The notes under the pieces are model-generated. The model made no database searches, had not been told where the DNA came from, and saw only the letters and a program-made list of their open reading frames with translations. A program made the position numbers and the translations under genes. From positions 1 through 64,000 of the forward strand of contig JBCBZT010000030.1 of the NCBI GenBank assembly GCA_039815185.1: 64,000 nucleotides of DNA, in the 5' to 3' direction. Shown piece by piece: positions 1 to 10,929 of the stretch. Within the stretch, counting starts at the first letter, position 1. Each line of letters begins with the position of its first letter. This DNA comes from Cyanobacteria bacterium P01_A01_bin.123 (lineage in GTDB: Bacteria; Cyanobacteriota; Cyanobacteriia; Phormidesmidales; Phormidesmidaceae).

Positions 1-395
1 ATCACATGATCGCAGGGGGGGGGAGCGGTGAATCGCCAAACCGCTCCTTGGTCGACATGGCTACAGGACTGGGGATTTTACCCAGCATTATCGTCGATCA
101 GCACTTCCACAATCGCAATCGGATGGCCCGCTTAATGAGTGCGGTGTCGATCCACCCCGATCGGATTGGCATCGGCATCGACGAAGACACTTGTGCCTTG
201 TTCGAAAATGAAGGCGTATTTCAGGTGATCGGCAAAGGTACAGTGACCGTGGTTGATCCTGGCGCAATCAGCCACACCAATCAACCCGATGTGGGGGCCA
301 CTGATCCGATTGGCATTCACAACTTACGCGTGCATATTTTGACCCACGGCGATCGCTATGATCTCCAAGAAGGAATAGTTGTAGCCCATGGCTAA
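1..395 (+). CDS. cphB: Cyanophycinase, C-terminal part (gene starts before window)
   Basis: IVDQHFHNRNRMARL and GIGIDEDT peptidase S51 motifs; directly upstream of cphA. Confidence 0.95.
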   Translation, partial: HMIAGGGSGESPNRSLVDMATGLGILPSIIVDQHFHNRNRMARLMSAVSIHPDRIGIGIDEDTCALFENEGVFQVIGKGTVTVVDPGAISHTNQPDVGATDPIGIHNLRVHILTHGDRYDLQEGIVVAHG

Positions 396-706
396 AGTCT
401 CTGATCAATGGCCTGAGCAAGAGTCAAGGACAACTCAATTGCCGCAAATTCCGGGATCTGATCATTGCGTTTACTGGCACAATGGCAGGGTGCCGTGCCA
501 TTCTTTTGGCCTCGGAGTTGTGCTTTGACTCACTCGTCTAAAGTTATCTATCAGTTATCCTGCAGCTAACTTTAGCAAAAGAACTCTGCCTAGCCAGGGT
601 GCTGCCGAGTTGTTCTCAATGAACAGTGGATAGGCATCACTAATCGCTAGGGTCTAAGGCGATACCATAATCACATCTGCTGCTTTGCTGCTGGCTATCC
701 ATCGAT

Positions 707-3421
707 ATGAAAATTCTTAAAACTCAAACCCTGCGTGGGCCAAGCTACTGGAGCACCCGTTATTCAAAGCTGATTGTGATCCGGCTGGATCTTGAGGAAA
801 TGGCAGAGGTTCCCTCAAGTGAGATCCCTGATTTTTATGATGGGCTTGTCGAAATCCTGCCTAGCTTGGTTGAGCATCATTGTTCACCCGGCTATCGAGG
901 CGGTTTTTTGCAGCGAGTGGCGGAAGGGACTTCCTTAGGCCACGTTATTGAGCATGTGGCTCTGGAACTGCAAACGCTAACCGGAATGCCAGTCAAATTT
1001 GGCCGGACTCGTGTGACCTCTACGGCTGGCGTGCAGCAGGTGGTGTTTCAGTACAGCGATGAGCAAGCTGGGCGCTATGCGGCTCGATCCGCCGTCAGGC
1101 TGTGCAACAGCATTATTGATATTGGTCGCTACCCCCTAGATGAACTTGAAAAAGACTTGGCCGATTTGAGGGAGCTGGGGGCTGATGCTGCCCTTGGCCC
1201 GAGTACAGAAACCATCATTCGGGAAGCTGAAAGTCGGAGCATTCCTTGGTTTCAGTTACGCAGCCGAGCCATGATTCAACTCGGGCATGGAGTGCATCAA
1301 AAACGCATTCAGGCAACCCTCAGTAGCCAAACCGGGATTTTAGGCGTTGAGTTGGCCTGCGACAAAGAAGGGACTAAGCGAATTTTGCTCGACTTAGGTG
1401 TTCCGGTACCGCGCGGTACGGTGATCCACTACATGGATGAGCTCGAAGAAGCGATTGAGTCCGTTGGGGGTTACCCGATTGTCGTTAAACCCCTAGACGG
1501 TAATCATGGGCGAGGCATCACCATTGACATTAGCGATTGGGAGACGGCAGAAGCTGCCTACGAAGCTGCCAAAGCCGTTTCAAAAGGGGTGATCGTTGAG
1601 CGGTTCTATCAAGGTCGGGATCATCGGGTGCTGGTGATTAATGGCAAGGTCGTTGCAGTAGCAGAGCGGGTCCCAGCTCATGTTGTTGGCAATGGGCGTG
1701 CCACGATTGATGAACTGATTGCCGAAACCAATCAGGATCCCCGCCGGGGTGAAGGGCATGCCAACATCCTCACCCGTTTAGAAGTCGATCGCACCACCTG
1801 GCAGCTCCTCGATCGCAAAGGATATACGCTTGAGACTGTTTTGGATGAAGGGGAAATCTGCTATCTGCGATCGACGGCTAATCTAAGCACTGGAGGGATT
1901 GCCATTGACCGCACCGATGAGATTCACCCCAAAAATGTCTGGTTGGCCCAACGTGTCGCCAAAATTATCGGGCTAGATATTGCAGGCATTGACATTGTCA
2001 CGTCAGACATCACTCGCCCCTTGAGAGAAGTGGATGGTGTGGTCGTTGAAGTCAATGCTGCCCCTGGATTTCGGATGCATTTCTCACCGAGTGAAGGCAT
2101 TCCTCGCAATGTAGCCGAACCCCTAATCGAGATGCTGTTTGCCCCAGGGAAGCCTTCTCGCATTCCGATTGTGGCCATTACGGGGACTAATGGCAAAACA
2201 ACCACAACCCGTCTAACCGCTCATATCTTTCAGCAGACGCAGCAAGTGGTGGGCTACACCACGACAGACGGGGTTTACATCAGTGGTTATCTTGTAGAGC
2301 CAGGTGACAATACAGGCCCTCAAAGCGCCCAAATGGTTTTGCAAGATCCCACGGTGCAGGTCGCGGTGTTAGAAACAGCGCGAGGCGGTATTTTGCGGGC
2401 AGGACTAGCGTTTGACAGTTGCGATGTGGGTGTTGTGCTGAATGTGGCCGCCGATCACCTCGGCTTGGGCGATATTGATACCGTTGAAGAAATGGCCAAG
2501 GTTAAGAGCGTGGTAGCTGAAACCGCTCGCCCCAATGGCTACGCCGTTCTCAATGCTGACGATCCCCTGGTGGCGGCTATGGCCCGACAGGTGAAGGCCC
2601 AGGTCGCTTATTTCTCAATGGATCCTGACAATGAAATCATCAAAGCCCACTCCCAACAGGGGGGCTTAGCCGCGGTGTATGAAAATGGATACCTATCGAT
2701 TCTCAAGGGCGATTGGGTCTTACGGATTGAGCAGGCCATAAATGTACCGTTGACGATGATGGGGCGAGCACCTTTTCAGATTGCCAATGCATTGGCGGCT
2801 AGCCTGGCGGCTTTCACCCAAGGGGTTAGCATTGAGGACATTCGCACGGCGTTGACGACTTTTGAAGCCTCTTCAGAAAAAACCCCAGGACGGATGAATC
2901 TGTTCAATTTGGGGCAATACCATGCGCTAGTAGACTATGCACACAATCCGGCTAGTTACAAGGCTTTAGCTGGATTTGTGAATAACTGGCCAGGACAGTG
3001 TATTGGGGTAGTGGGGGGCCCGGGCGATCGCCGGGATGAAGACTTCCTAACCCTGGGCCAAATTGCGGGTCAGATGTTTGATGAGGTAATTGTCAAAGAG
3101 GACGACGATCGGCGAGGGCGTGCCAGTGGCGAGGCGGCTGACTTGATCGTTAAGGGGGTGACGGAGAGTGCGAACACAGGGGTTACAACCATTTTGAATG
3201 AGACTGAGGCGATTGAGACTGCCTTAAATCAGGCTCCGGAAGGAGGATTGGTGGTGATTTTACCGGAGAGTGTAAATCGGGCCATTGAGCTGATCAAGGC
3301 ACGTAAGCCTTTGGAAAATGGGAATAGGGTAGCGATGTCAAAGCCCCCATCATCTCCCGCGCCTACTGAGACTGGTGATGAGAGCTCTGATGCATCTGCT
3401 TATGCGGGGTCTAAGGGATAG
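707..3421 (+). CDS. cphA: Cyanophycin synthetase CphA1
   Basis: N-terminal MKILKTQTLRGP; N-domain CSPG..GHVIEH; ATP-grasp KPLDGNHGRG; Mur-ligase-like ITGTNGKTTT and DYAHNP. Confidence 0.97.
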   Translation: MKILKTQTLRGPSYWSTRYSKLIVIRLDLEEMAEVPSSEIPDFYDGLVEILPSLVEHHCSPGYRGGFLQRVAEGTSLGHVIEHVALELQTLTGMPVKFGRTRVTSTAGVQQVVFQYSDEQAGRYAARSAVRLCNSIIDIGRYPLDELEKDLADLRELGADAALGPSTETIIREAESRSIPWFQLRSRAMIQLGHGVHQKRIQATLSSQTGILGVELACDKEGTKRILLDLGVPVPRGTVIHYMDELEEAIESVGGYPIVVKPLDGNHGRGITIDISDWETAEAAYEAAKAVSKGVIVERFYQGRDHRVLVINGKVVAVAERVPAHVVGNGRATIDELIAETNQDPRRGEGHANILTRLEVDRTTWQLLDRKGYTLETVLDEGEICYLRSTANLSTGGIAIDRTDEIHPKNVWLAQRVAKIIGLDIAGIDIVTSDITRPLREVDGVVVEVNAAPGFRMHFSPSEGIPRNVAEPLIEMLFAPGKPSRIPIVAITGTNGKTTTTRLTAHIFQQTQQVVGYTTTDGVYISGYLVEPGDNTGPQSAQMVLQDPTVQVAVLETARGGILRAGLAFDSCDVGVVLNVAADHLGLGDIDTVEEMAKVKSVVAETARPNGYAVLNADDPLVAAMARQVKAQVAYFSMDPDNEIIKAHSQQGGLAAVYENGYLSILKGDWVLRIEQAINVPLTMMGRAPFQIANALAASLAAFTQGVSIEDIRTALTTFEASSEKTPGRMNLFNLGQYHALVDYAHNPASYKALAGFVNNWPGQCIGVVGGPGDRRDEDFLTLGQIAGQMFDEVIVKEDDDRRGRASGEAADLIVKGVTESANTGVTTILNETEAIETALNQAPEGGLVVILPESVNRAIELIKARKPLENGNRVAMSKPPSSPAPTETGDESSDASAYAGSKG

Positions 3422-3681
3422 CGCTAGCCGTAACGTTATCCACGAGGGTTCAGAGTTTTGGACGATTTGTGTGTGTTGGGCTAGGCGCGATGGTCAAAGA
3501 CCGACCTCAGAAAGCCATCCCACTGCGAAATTGACTGGGAACCGTTGAGTTAGGTTTCCATTCCATAAACGGACTGAGCCTACTTGAGGTAAGTTCAGCC
3601 CAATGGCGATCGCAATTCACCCTAGAATAGGTAAGCGATTAAGGTACCCTAAGCAATGGGTTCAGGAACAGTGAGGAGATT

Positions 3682-4476
3682 ATGAAACGGCGTCAGTTTA
3701 TTCAGCACACAGGAGCAGGATTATTGGGTGCAATGGGAATCGGTCTTGCGTCCCAATGGCAAGCTGCCCAAGCCCAATCAAGTGGCAGTGTCGTCATTCA
3801 GTGGTTAGGGCACACCTGCTTTTACTTCACCGGAGACGGGCGACGTATTCTGGTCAACCCGTTTCGCCCCATCGGCTGTACTGCTGGGTACCGCATTCCC
3901 CGAGCTGAGGCAGATTTAGTATTGATCAGCAGTCGACTGTTGGATGAAGGTGATTTAACCAATGTTCCTGGCAATCCTCGCTTACTCGATGAAGGGCGCG
4001 ATTATCGCTTCGGCGATTTCTTAATTCAGGGCACCGCAGTTCCCCACGACCGAGAAGGGGGGCGACGCTTCGGCGAGAATATCATCTGGAAATGGACCCA
4101 AGGCGGACTCGATATCGTTCATATGGGGGGAGCCGCAGCTCCCATTGGGATTAATGAGCAAATTTTAATTGGCCGCCCTGACGTCATGCTGGTTCCTGTC
4201 GGCAATGGCCCTAAAGCCTACACACCTGAAGATGCCGTAGCTGCTGTGCAGTCCCTCAATCCTCGATTGGTGATTCCGACCCATTATCGGACAACGGCTG
4301 CGGATGAGGAGACCTGTGATCTCGTCCCTGTAGATGAATTTTTGAATTTGATGCAGGGGTCACAGGTTAGTCGGGGTAATGGCGCTAGGCTAACGTTAAG
4401 CCGCGCTAATTTGCCAGACAGCGGTATAAAAGTTCAGCTCTTTGGAGACCAATCTCTATTGGCAACTAGAGGTTAG
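3682..4476 (+). CDS. MBL-fold metallo-hydrolase with Tat signal peptide
   Basis: MKRRQFI twin-Arg signal; WLGHTCF, D-V-M-L-V-P-V-G and VIPTHY motifs. Confidence 0.85.
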   Translation: MKRRQFIQHTGAGLLGAMGIGLASQWQAAQAQSSGSVVIQWLGHTCFYFTGDGRRILVNPFRPIGCTAGYRIPRAEADLVLISSRLLDEGDLTNVPGNPRLLDEGRDYRFGDFLIQGTAVPHDREGGRRFGENIIWKWTQGGLDIVHMGGAAAPIGINEQILIGRPDVMLVPVGNGPKAYTPEDAVAAVQSLNPRLVIPTHYRTTAADEETCDLVPVDEFLNLMQGSQVSRGNGARLTLSRANLPDSGIKVQLFGDQSLLATRG

Positions 4477-4604
4477 CCCTCCCCCAAGTCAGCCCTCGAC
4501 TGGGCATTTAATTGAGCTTAACCCCTCTGGGAGCGGCTGAGTCAACGACTGGACTCATGTCGGAATCTGAAACCGAAATCATAAGCCGAAATCTAAAATC
4601 TAAA

Positions 4605-5936
4605 ATGGGTAGCTCCATGAACGCAGTCTATCGTCAACGACGGGCAGAAGTGATGTCTCGCATTGGTCACAGCACTGCGATTTTTCGCAGTGCGCCGATG
4701 GCGGTGATGCATAACGATGTGGAATATCCCTTTCGCCAAGACAGCGACTTCTTTTATTTGACAGGATTCAATGAACCTGAAGCCGTTGCCGTATTAGCCC
4801 CCCACCACGAGGAGCATCAGTTTGTGCTGTTCGTTCGTCCTAAGGATAAGGAAAGAGAAATTTGGTCGGGGACACGAGTTGGGGTTGACCAAGCCAAGGA
4901 ACGCTATGGTGCAGATGAGGTTTACCCGATTGCAGAACTCAACGAAAAGTTGTCTGGGTATGTCGAAAAAGCTGAGCGGCTGTACTATCACCTGGGTAAT
5001 GATCACGGTTTCAACACCACCATCCTCAATCTATGGCAGCGCCTAATTGCCACCTATACCAAACGAGGCACCGGGCCAGTCGCAATTGAAGATACCAAGC
5101 TACTGATGCAAAACCTGCGGCGGGTGAAGCATCCTAAAGAACTGGATTCAATCCGTAAAGCGATCGCGATTTCAGTCAAAGCCCACAACGCTGCCCGAGA
5201 AATGACCCAACCGGGGCTCTACGAATATGAAATTCAAGCGGAGATGGAACACATCTTTCGCCGGGGCGGCGGTATGGGGCCAGCTTATCCATCTATCGTG
5301 GCCTCTGGGCAAAACGCCTGCATTTTGCACTACATCGAAAACAATCGACAAATGCAGACGAACGACCTGCTGCTAATCGATGCAGGGTGCGCCTACGATT
5401 ACTACAACGCTGACATCACCCGCACCTTCCCGGTTGGCGGTCAATTCACGGCTGAACAGCGCATCCTTTATGAATTGGTTCTCGAAGCCCAGCTCAAAGC
5501 CATTGAGCAGGTGCAACCAGGCAATCCATTCAACACATTCCATGATGCAGCAACCCGAATAATTACTGAAGGGCTTGTGGAGCTAGGGTTGCTACAAGGG
5601 GAGATTGATACGCTGATTGAAGAGAAAAAGCACAAAGCGTTTTTCATGCACGGTACTGGCCACTTCTTGGGCTTAGACGTTCACGATGCAGGCATTTTGC
5701 GCAACCCCGATAAAACCTGGAAGCCCTTCCAACCTGGCAATGTCGTTACCGTCGAACCTGGCATCTACATCACCCCTGATTATGAACCCGAAGGAGGTCA
5801 ACCTCAAATTGATGATCGCTGGCGCGGCATTGGCATTCGGATTGAAGATGATGTGTTGGTCACCGAGTCAGGCCATGAAGTTCTAACGGCAGGGGTGCCA
5901 AAATCCTTAGCTGAGATGGAGCGGGTTGATCAATAA
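4605..5936 (+). CDS. pepP: Xaa-Pro aminopeptidase (aminopeptidase P)
   Basis: YPFRQDSDFFYLTGF, DAG..Y.ADITRT, HGTGHFLGLDVHD, TVEPGIY, GIRIEDD; start is probably ATG 4605 or 4617, not the TTG at 4512. Confidence 0.95.
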   Translation: MGSSMNAVYRQRRAEVMSRIGHSTAIFRSAPMAVMHNDVEYPFRQDSDFFYLTGFNEPEAVAVLAPHHEEHQFVLFVRPKDKEREIWSGTRVGVDQAKERYGADEVYPIAELNEKLSGYVEKAERLYYHLGNDHGFNTTILNLWQRLIATYTKRGTGPVAIEDTKLLMQNLRRVKHPKELDSIRKAIAISVKAHNAAREMTQPGLYEYEIQAEMEHIFRRGGGMGPAYPSIVASGQNACILHYIENNRQMQTNDLLLIDAGCAYDYYNADITRTFPVGGQFTAEQRILYELVLEAQLKAIEQVQPGNPFNTFHDAATRIITEGLVELGLLQGEIDTLIEEKKHKAFFMHGTGHFLGLDVHDAGILRNPDKTWKPFQPGNVVTVEPGIYITPDYEPEGGQPQIDDRWRGIGIRIEDDVLVTESGHEVLTAGVPKSLAEMERVDQ

Positions 5937-6166
5937 GCACTACGAACTCGCTTGGGCTATTCCAAAAATACCCACCAAAATGCGGATCAAGGCTTCTAAA
6001 TTATCTGGAAGGATGTATGAGGCAATGTCTTGGGCAATGCTACGGGTCGCGGCGTCTAAAACACCGAAAATCCAGAGGTTGCCGATCGTGACCACACCGT
6101 ACATGCTAAAACTTCATCGGTGTCGTTGGGCAGCTCAAAATACGACCTGAAGGAATAGGTGGCATC

Positions 6167-7096
6167 TTATTCCTCGACCCGGTAGCCAAATTCTGAGAGA
6201 TGCAGTCGCGATTGTCGCCACCGGGGCTGCACCCGCACGAACAGTTCTAAATACACCTTGCCAGCAATCAACTTTTGAATTTGCTGACGAGCTTCACTGC
6301 CAATCGCTTTGAGCAAGCTACCTTTTTTGCCAATCACGATGCCTTTTTGAGAGTCGCGTTCTACATGAATGGTTGCCAGGATGCGGGTTAGGCTGGGTTC
6401 TTCTTCAACGCGATCGATGGAAATCGCTACGGAGTGGGGGATTTCTTCGCGGGTTTGGGTCAAAATTTGTTCCCGAATCAGTTCTCCCATAATGAAGCGT
6501 TCGGGTTGATCGGTAACTAAGTCTGGTGGGTAGTAGTAAGGACCTTGATCGAGTTGTTCGACTAGGGCCGTTTCTAACACAGCTAATCCTTCACCGGTGA
6601 GGGCCGAGAACTTGAACTGGGGCCAATCTTGTTCCTCAGCTAAAGTCCGGTAGCTGTCATCGATCGCAACCGCAGTATCGCCCTGCTGGTCAGCTTTATT
6701 AATCCCGAACAGCACTGGGGTTTTGCTTTGACTTAGGAGCTCAACAATAAAGCGATCGCCCCGACCCGCAGCCACCGATCCATCCACCACAAACAGGGTG
6801 GCATCGACCGATGCGATCGCGAGGCGAGCATTTTTCACCAACACCTTTCCCAACTCATGGTGAGGCTTATGAATTCCTGGCGTATCGACAAAGATAATTT
6901 GAGCTGCAGGAGTCGTGAGAATACCCCTCAGCCGATTGCGGGTGGTTTGGGCAACTGGCGAGGTGATGGCAATCTTTTGGCCCACGAGCTGGTTCATCAG
7001 CGTTGATTTACCCACATTGGGCCGTCCCACGATGCCAATAAAGCCGGAACGAAATCCCTCCGGTGGCGCAGGAATAGAGGCAAAACTTGACGTCAT
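6167..7096 (-). CDS. era: GTPase Era
   Basis: GRPNVGKSTL, QTTR, DTPG, NKAD and KH-domain SQKGIVIGKKG. Confidence 0.97.
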   Translation of the reverse strand: MTSSFASIPAPPEGFRSGFIGIVGRPNVGKSTLMNQLVGQKIAITSPVAQTTRNRLRGILTTPAAQIIFVDTPGIHKPHHELGKVLVKNARLAIASVDATLFVVDGSVAAGRGDRFIVELLSQSKTPVLFGINKADQQGDTAVAIDDSYRTLAEEQDWPQFKFSALTGEGLAVLETALVEQLDQGPYYYPPDLVTDQPERFIMGELIREQILTQTREEIPHSVAISIDRVEEEPSLTRILATIHVERDSQKGIVIGKKGSLLKAIGSEARQQIQKLIAGKVYLELFVRVQPRWRQSRLHLSEFGYRVEE

Positions 7097-7099
7097 TCC

Positions 7100-7537
7100 C
7101 TAGTGCCCGGTGATGTGCACAACGACTTCGCGGCGGTGCCCCCTCTCTCGGTGCTCCCACAGATAAATACCCTGCCAAGTGCCCAAGGCGAGGCGGCCAT
7201 TCATGATTGGGATTTGTTCAGAGGTGTGGGTTAATGCCGTGCGGATGTGGGCTGGCATATCGTCCGGGCCTTCAGTGCTGTGGCGATAGGGACGAAGTTC
7301 TGGGACAAGATCGGCTAAAAAATCAGCCATATCCGTCAACACGTCAGGATCAGCGTTTTCTTGAATGACCAGACTGGCAGAAGTATGGCGCAAAAATAAG
7401 CAGCACAACCCAGTGGTAACCCCTGATGCCTGCACTGCATCGTGTACCTTCTGAGTGAAGCGTCCTAAGGCTTTGCCCTGGGTTTGCAGCGTCAGCGTGG
7501 TTTGATAATGAACGGTTTCAGTCTTGGTAGTCGTCAT
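7100..7537 (-). CDS. yjbQ: YjbQ/UPF0047 family protein
   Basis: HTSASL..QENADPDV, HSTEGPDDMPAHI, LGTWQGIYLWEH. Confidence 0.92.
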   Translation of the reverse strand: MTTTKTETVHYQTTLTLQTQGKALGRFTQKVHDAVQASGVTTGLCCLFLRHTSASLVIQENADPDVLTDMADFLADLVPELRPYRHSTEGPDDMPAHIRTALTHTSEQIPIMNGRLALGTWQGIYLWEHRERGHRREVVVHITGH

Positions 7538-7573
7538 AGCTTTGGGTCACATGAAGCAGCATGGGTTGTATAG

Positions 7574-7672
7574 CCGTAGTCACAAAGCGTTGTGTGCTAC
7601 GGTAAGCCAGATTGCTTGTGTGTTCAGCATCCCAGCGATACTTGGTGCATTAATCAATCTGGCCAGCGCTAC
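7574..7672. repeat. ~100-bp dispersed double-hairpin repeat, copy 1 (copy 2 at 62309-62406)
   Basis: Aligns without gaps to 62309-62406; internal IRs CCGTAG..CTACGG and GCCAGATTG..CAATCTGGC. Confidence 0.85.
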
Positions 7673-7760
7673 ATACAGCATAGGCTAGGAATTACCGTTT
7701 GCTGCGGTTAGGATTGGGTTGTATGGGTCAGATTGCCCCTTCCAGCCATAGCCTCAAGCC

Positions 7761-7862
7761 ATGACGGACGAAGAGTTGAAACAGTTAATTGAAAGCAATG
7801 CCAAAGCGATCGCGGCGGCGGCCGAAGAACGACGCTTAATACTGGATAATCAAGCGGTCTGA
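7761..7862 (+). pseudogene. 33-aa coiled-coil mini-ORF MTDEELKQLIESNAKAIAAAAEERRLILDNQAV, possibly a truncated relic
   Basis: Manual translation; heptad pattern; stop overlaps the 3' end of the opposing glycosyltransferase gene. Confidence 0.4.
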
Positions 7863-8932
7863 AGAAAGTCAACGACCGCCCGGGCAATGGTCTGATTGCC
7901 ATTAGTGGCTAATCGGTCACTCTGCTGGGGCGGCAAAATCGCTTCGTTTAGAAAAGACCAATCCCCTTCAAAGAAACGCTCAACCCCAAGGATTTGGTGG
8001 TTAGCATACCGTTGAATGCCATCTAGCAACAGATCTGCCTCCGCAAATCCTTCTCGCGTCAAAGTGACAATTGGAATCCCCAAACGACACGCTTCTGAAA
8101 ACGTACTAAACCCTGGCTTAGAAACCACACGGCTACACAGGGGCATAAAATCCACTGGGCGATAGTGACGGGCGGTAATGGTGCGTAGATTGGATAAGTT
8201 GGGAGCATTTTTATCAAAACTGATAAACTGCCAATCTGGAAACTGATCCAGGGTGTCATAGGGGATCTTTTGCAGACCCAATCCCCCAAAAGTCAGCAGA
8301 ATTGTGCGTTCTGGCGGGGTACTAATGGCAAACCGCGATCGCAGTTCAGCCAAGTCATAACGCGGCGTCCCCCCAGTTAACCCCACATCCATAACCTCAG
8401 GGAAAGCAGCCATATCCTCATGAAAGGGCAGACGAAAGAGGCGATCGCAGCGCTGAAAACATCCTGCAATCCAGTCTGCCACTGCGATGAATTCTCCCCC
8501 CCAAGGACGATAAATAAAGTCCCAACCAAAGTTACTCATCATCCAGCAGGGAATCTCTGCCGCCTCAGCAATAGCGGTTGCCAACGGAGGAATATCGGCC
8601 AGCACCAATCCCACTTGATGCTGACGTAGAAACGCCTGCTCTTGCTGAATTAAGGCAGATGATTGCTGACGAATCTGCTGCAACTTAGCTAGAGTTGCCG
8701 ATTTATCCATCATCAGACTGTCCCGCTGCAAAACCCCCACATCTAGAGCAACCAAATGGTGAATAAACGGCCCCTCCAGATAGGAAGATAACAACCAATG
8801 GGGGGCTGTCGTAGCCAAAACGATGGGAATCTCAGGACACAAAGCCTGAACAGTAGCTGCCACGGAAGTTGCCCGGGTAGCGTGGCCAAAACCATGGTTG
8901 GTAATAGAGACATAAAGCGGTTTAGGAGACAT
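7850..8932 (-). CDS. GT-B glycosyltransferase-like protein
   Basis: TNHGFGHATR N-terminal motif, LLTFGGLG, VVSKPGFSTFSEA. Confidence 0.85.
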   Translation of the reverse strand: MSPKPLYVSITNHGFGHATRATSVAATVQALCPEIPIVLATTAPHWLLSSYLEGPFIHHLVALDVGVLQRDSLMMDKSATLAKLQQIRQQSSALIQQEQAFLRQHQVGLVLADIPPLATAIAEAAEIPCWMMSNFGWDFIYRPWGGEFIAVADWIAGCFQRCDRLFRLPFHEDMAAFPEVMDVGLTGGTPRYDLAELRSRFAISTPPERTILLTFGGLGLQKIPYDTLDQFPDWQFISFDKNAPNLSNLRTITARHYRPVDFMPLCSRVVSKPGFSTFSEACRLGIPIVTLTREGFAEADLLLDGIQRYANHQILGVERFFEGDWSFLNEAILPPQQSDRLATNGNQTIARAVVDFLQTA

Positions 8933-8937
8933 TTGCC

Positions 8938-8963
8938 AATTTTAGATTTTAGATTTTGGATTC
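8938..8963. repeat. Short 7-bp tandem repeat (ATTTTAG/ATTTTGG), STRR-like; similar runs near 4589, 37243-37277 and 38274-38331
   Basis: AATTTTAGATTTTAGATTTTGGATT read directly. Confidence 0.75.
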
Positions 8964-9039
8964 CGGCATGAATCGCCTCAGCAAAAAGGCTCACCCGTTG
9001 GTGAGCCCTATTCGTCAAACTGCAAGATGTGTCCGGTGC

Positions 9040-10929
9040 CTATATCTGGGGCACAAGCTGCTCCTTATCGGGCACTTCAACATATTCCGACACGATTTGG
9101 CGAAACTCATCGCCATCGATAGTCTCTTTATCAATCAAAAGATCGGCCAAACGATCAATTACAGCCCGATTCTCTTGGACCAGTCGCTTGGCATCTTCGT
9201 AGCACTTCTCCACAATATGTCGCACCTGGTTATCAATTTGGGCTGCAATCCCGTTGGAATACTCAGATCGACTCATCCAATCACGCCCCAAGAAGACTTC
9301 GCCCTGCTGACTTTCCAACGAAAGTGGGCCTAAGTCAGACATGCCAAATCGGGTCACCATTTGCCGCGCCATGTTAGTCACCTGTTGCAAGTCATTCCCT
9401 GCCCCTGTCGTGACTTCCGCATCGCCAAAAATGACGTCTTCAGCAGCGCGACCGCCCAATGCTCCAGTGATCCGCGCTAGAATCTGCGCTCGGGAAATCA
9501 GGGTTTGGTCTTCACTCGGCGTGAACCAAGTCAATCCCTGAGCCTGACCGCGAGGAATGAGAGTTACCTTTTGCACCGGATCGTGATCTTTGATCAAAGT
9601 GCCAGCGATCGCGTGGCCCAGCTCATGGTAAGCAATTAAACGCTTACTCTTACTATCAACCAGTGGCGTTCCTTCCATGCCAGCAATGACCCGATCCACG
9701 GCAGCATCGATTTCCGACATGGTGATGGCTTCCTTCCGACGACGGGCGGTTAAAATCGCTGCTTCGTTGAGCAAGTTAGCCAAATCTGCCCCAGTGAAAC
9801 CGGGGGTACGACGAGCGATCGCCTCTAAGGAAATGTCATCCGCAATTTTCTTGTTGCGCGCATGTACCTGCAGCACTTCCAAACGTCCCTTCACATCAGG
9901 CGGATCCACCATCACCTGACGGTCAAAGCGTCCCGGACGCAACAGAGCAGAGTCAAGCACATCAGCCCGGTTAGTCGCCGCAATGATGATGATGCCAGTG
10001 TTACCTTCAAATCCGTCCATCTCGGTTAGAAGCTGGTTGAGCGTTTGCTCACGCTCATCATTGCCCCCACCAATACCTGCACCCCGCTGACGGCCTACGG
10101 CGTCAATCTCATCAATAAAGATAATGCAGGGGGCATTCTCTTTGGCTTTCTTGAACAGATCGCGAACCCGAGAAGCACCTACACCCACGAACATCTCAAC
10201 GAATTCAGACCCAGAAATGCTAAAGAAGGGAACGCCAGCCTCACCTGCGATCGCTTTAGCCAAAAGCGTTTTACCCGTTCCAGGAGGCCCCACTAACAAA
10301 ACCCCCTTGGGAATCCGAGCCCCAACAGCGGTAAACCGCTCAGGCTTTTTCAAGAAGGTAACCACCTCTTGCAGCTCTTCCTTCGCTTCCTCAATACCGG
10401 CCACGTCATCAAACATCACCCCCGTCTTAGCTTCCATCAAGAAGCGAGCTCGAGACTTGCCAAAGTTCATCGCTTGGCCAGGGCCACCTGGCACATTACT
10501 AGAGCGACGGAACAGGAAAAAGAGGCCACCAATCAGGAGAATCGGGAACAGCAAGTTACCTAAAACACCCCATATCGCCCCATCGTTACGAGGCGGATGG
10601 GAGTCTAAGTTAACGTTGGCACCGCGTAAACGGGTCACCAATTCAGGGGCGTTACCCGGTAAATCCACTCGCCAGCGCTGAACTCGGTTGTCTATCTCCG
10701 GATCAACCGCCTCTACGATGGCGGTGCGCCCACCTTCGTAGAGGTCAACAGACGTCACTCGACCAGCATCTAGATAGTCGAGGAAGCGTCCGTAGGTCAT
10801 CCGAGTATTTGCCGCATTGCGTCCCATGTCGGCAGGGCCATTCGCGGAAAAAGCTCCTTGCCATAGGAAAAAGCCAATGACCAGAATTGGCAATGCCCAA
10901 AGCAGTGCAACTCTCCAAGAAAATTTCAT
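9040..10929 (-). CDS. ftsH2: ATP-dependent Zn metalloprotease FtsH2
   Basis: [24 protein letters not shown] lumenal segment; [20 protein letters not shown]. Confidence 0.95.
   Translation of the reverse strand: MKFSWRVALLWALPILVIGFFLWQGAFSANGPADMGRNAANTRMTYGRFLDYLDAGRVTSVDLYEGGRTAIVEAVDPEIDNRVQRWRVDLPGNAPELVTRLRGANVNLDSHPPRNDGAIWGVLGNLLFPILLIGGLFFLFRRSSNVPGGPGQAMNFGKSRARFLMEAKTGVMFDDVAGIEEAKEELQEVVTFLKKPERFTAVGARIPKGVLLVGPPGTGKTLLAKAIAGEAGVPFFSISGSEFVEMFVGVGASRVRDLFKKAKENAPCIIFIDEIDAVGRQRGAGIGGGNDEREQTLNQLLTEMDGFEGNTGIIIIAATNRADVLDSALLRPGRFDRQVMVDPPDVKGRLEVLQVHARNKKIADDISLEAIARRTPGFTGADLANLLNEAAILTARRRKEAITMSEIDAAVDRVIAGMEGTPLVDSKSKRLIAYHELGHAIAGTLIKDHDPVQKVTLIPRGQAQGLTWFTPSEDQTLISRAQILARITGALGGRAAEDVIFGDAEVTTGAGNDLQQVTNMARQMVTRFGMSDLGPLSLESQQGEVFLGRDWMSRSEYSNGIAAQIDNQVRHIVEKCYEDAKRLVQENRAVIDRLADLLIDKETIDGDEFRQIVSEYVEVPDKEQLVPQI

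Noticed and set aside
440..490. Intergenic stretch resembling the cphA ITGTNGK-coding segment
   Set aside because: Too short and needs a frameshift; probably chance
8956..10681. Several plus-strand ORFs over ftsH2 (and similar shadows over cphA, ndhF and other genes)
   Set aside because: Antisense or alternate-frame shadows of conserved genes
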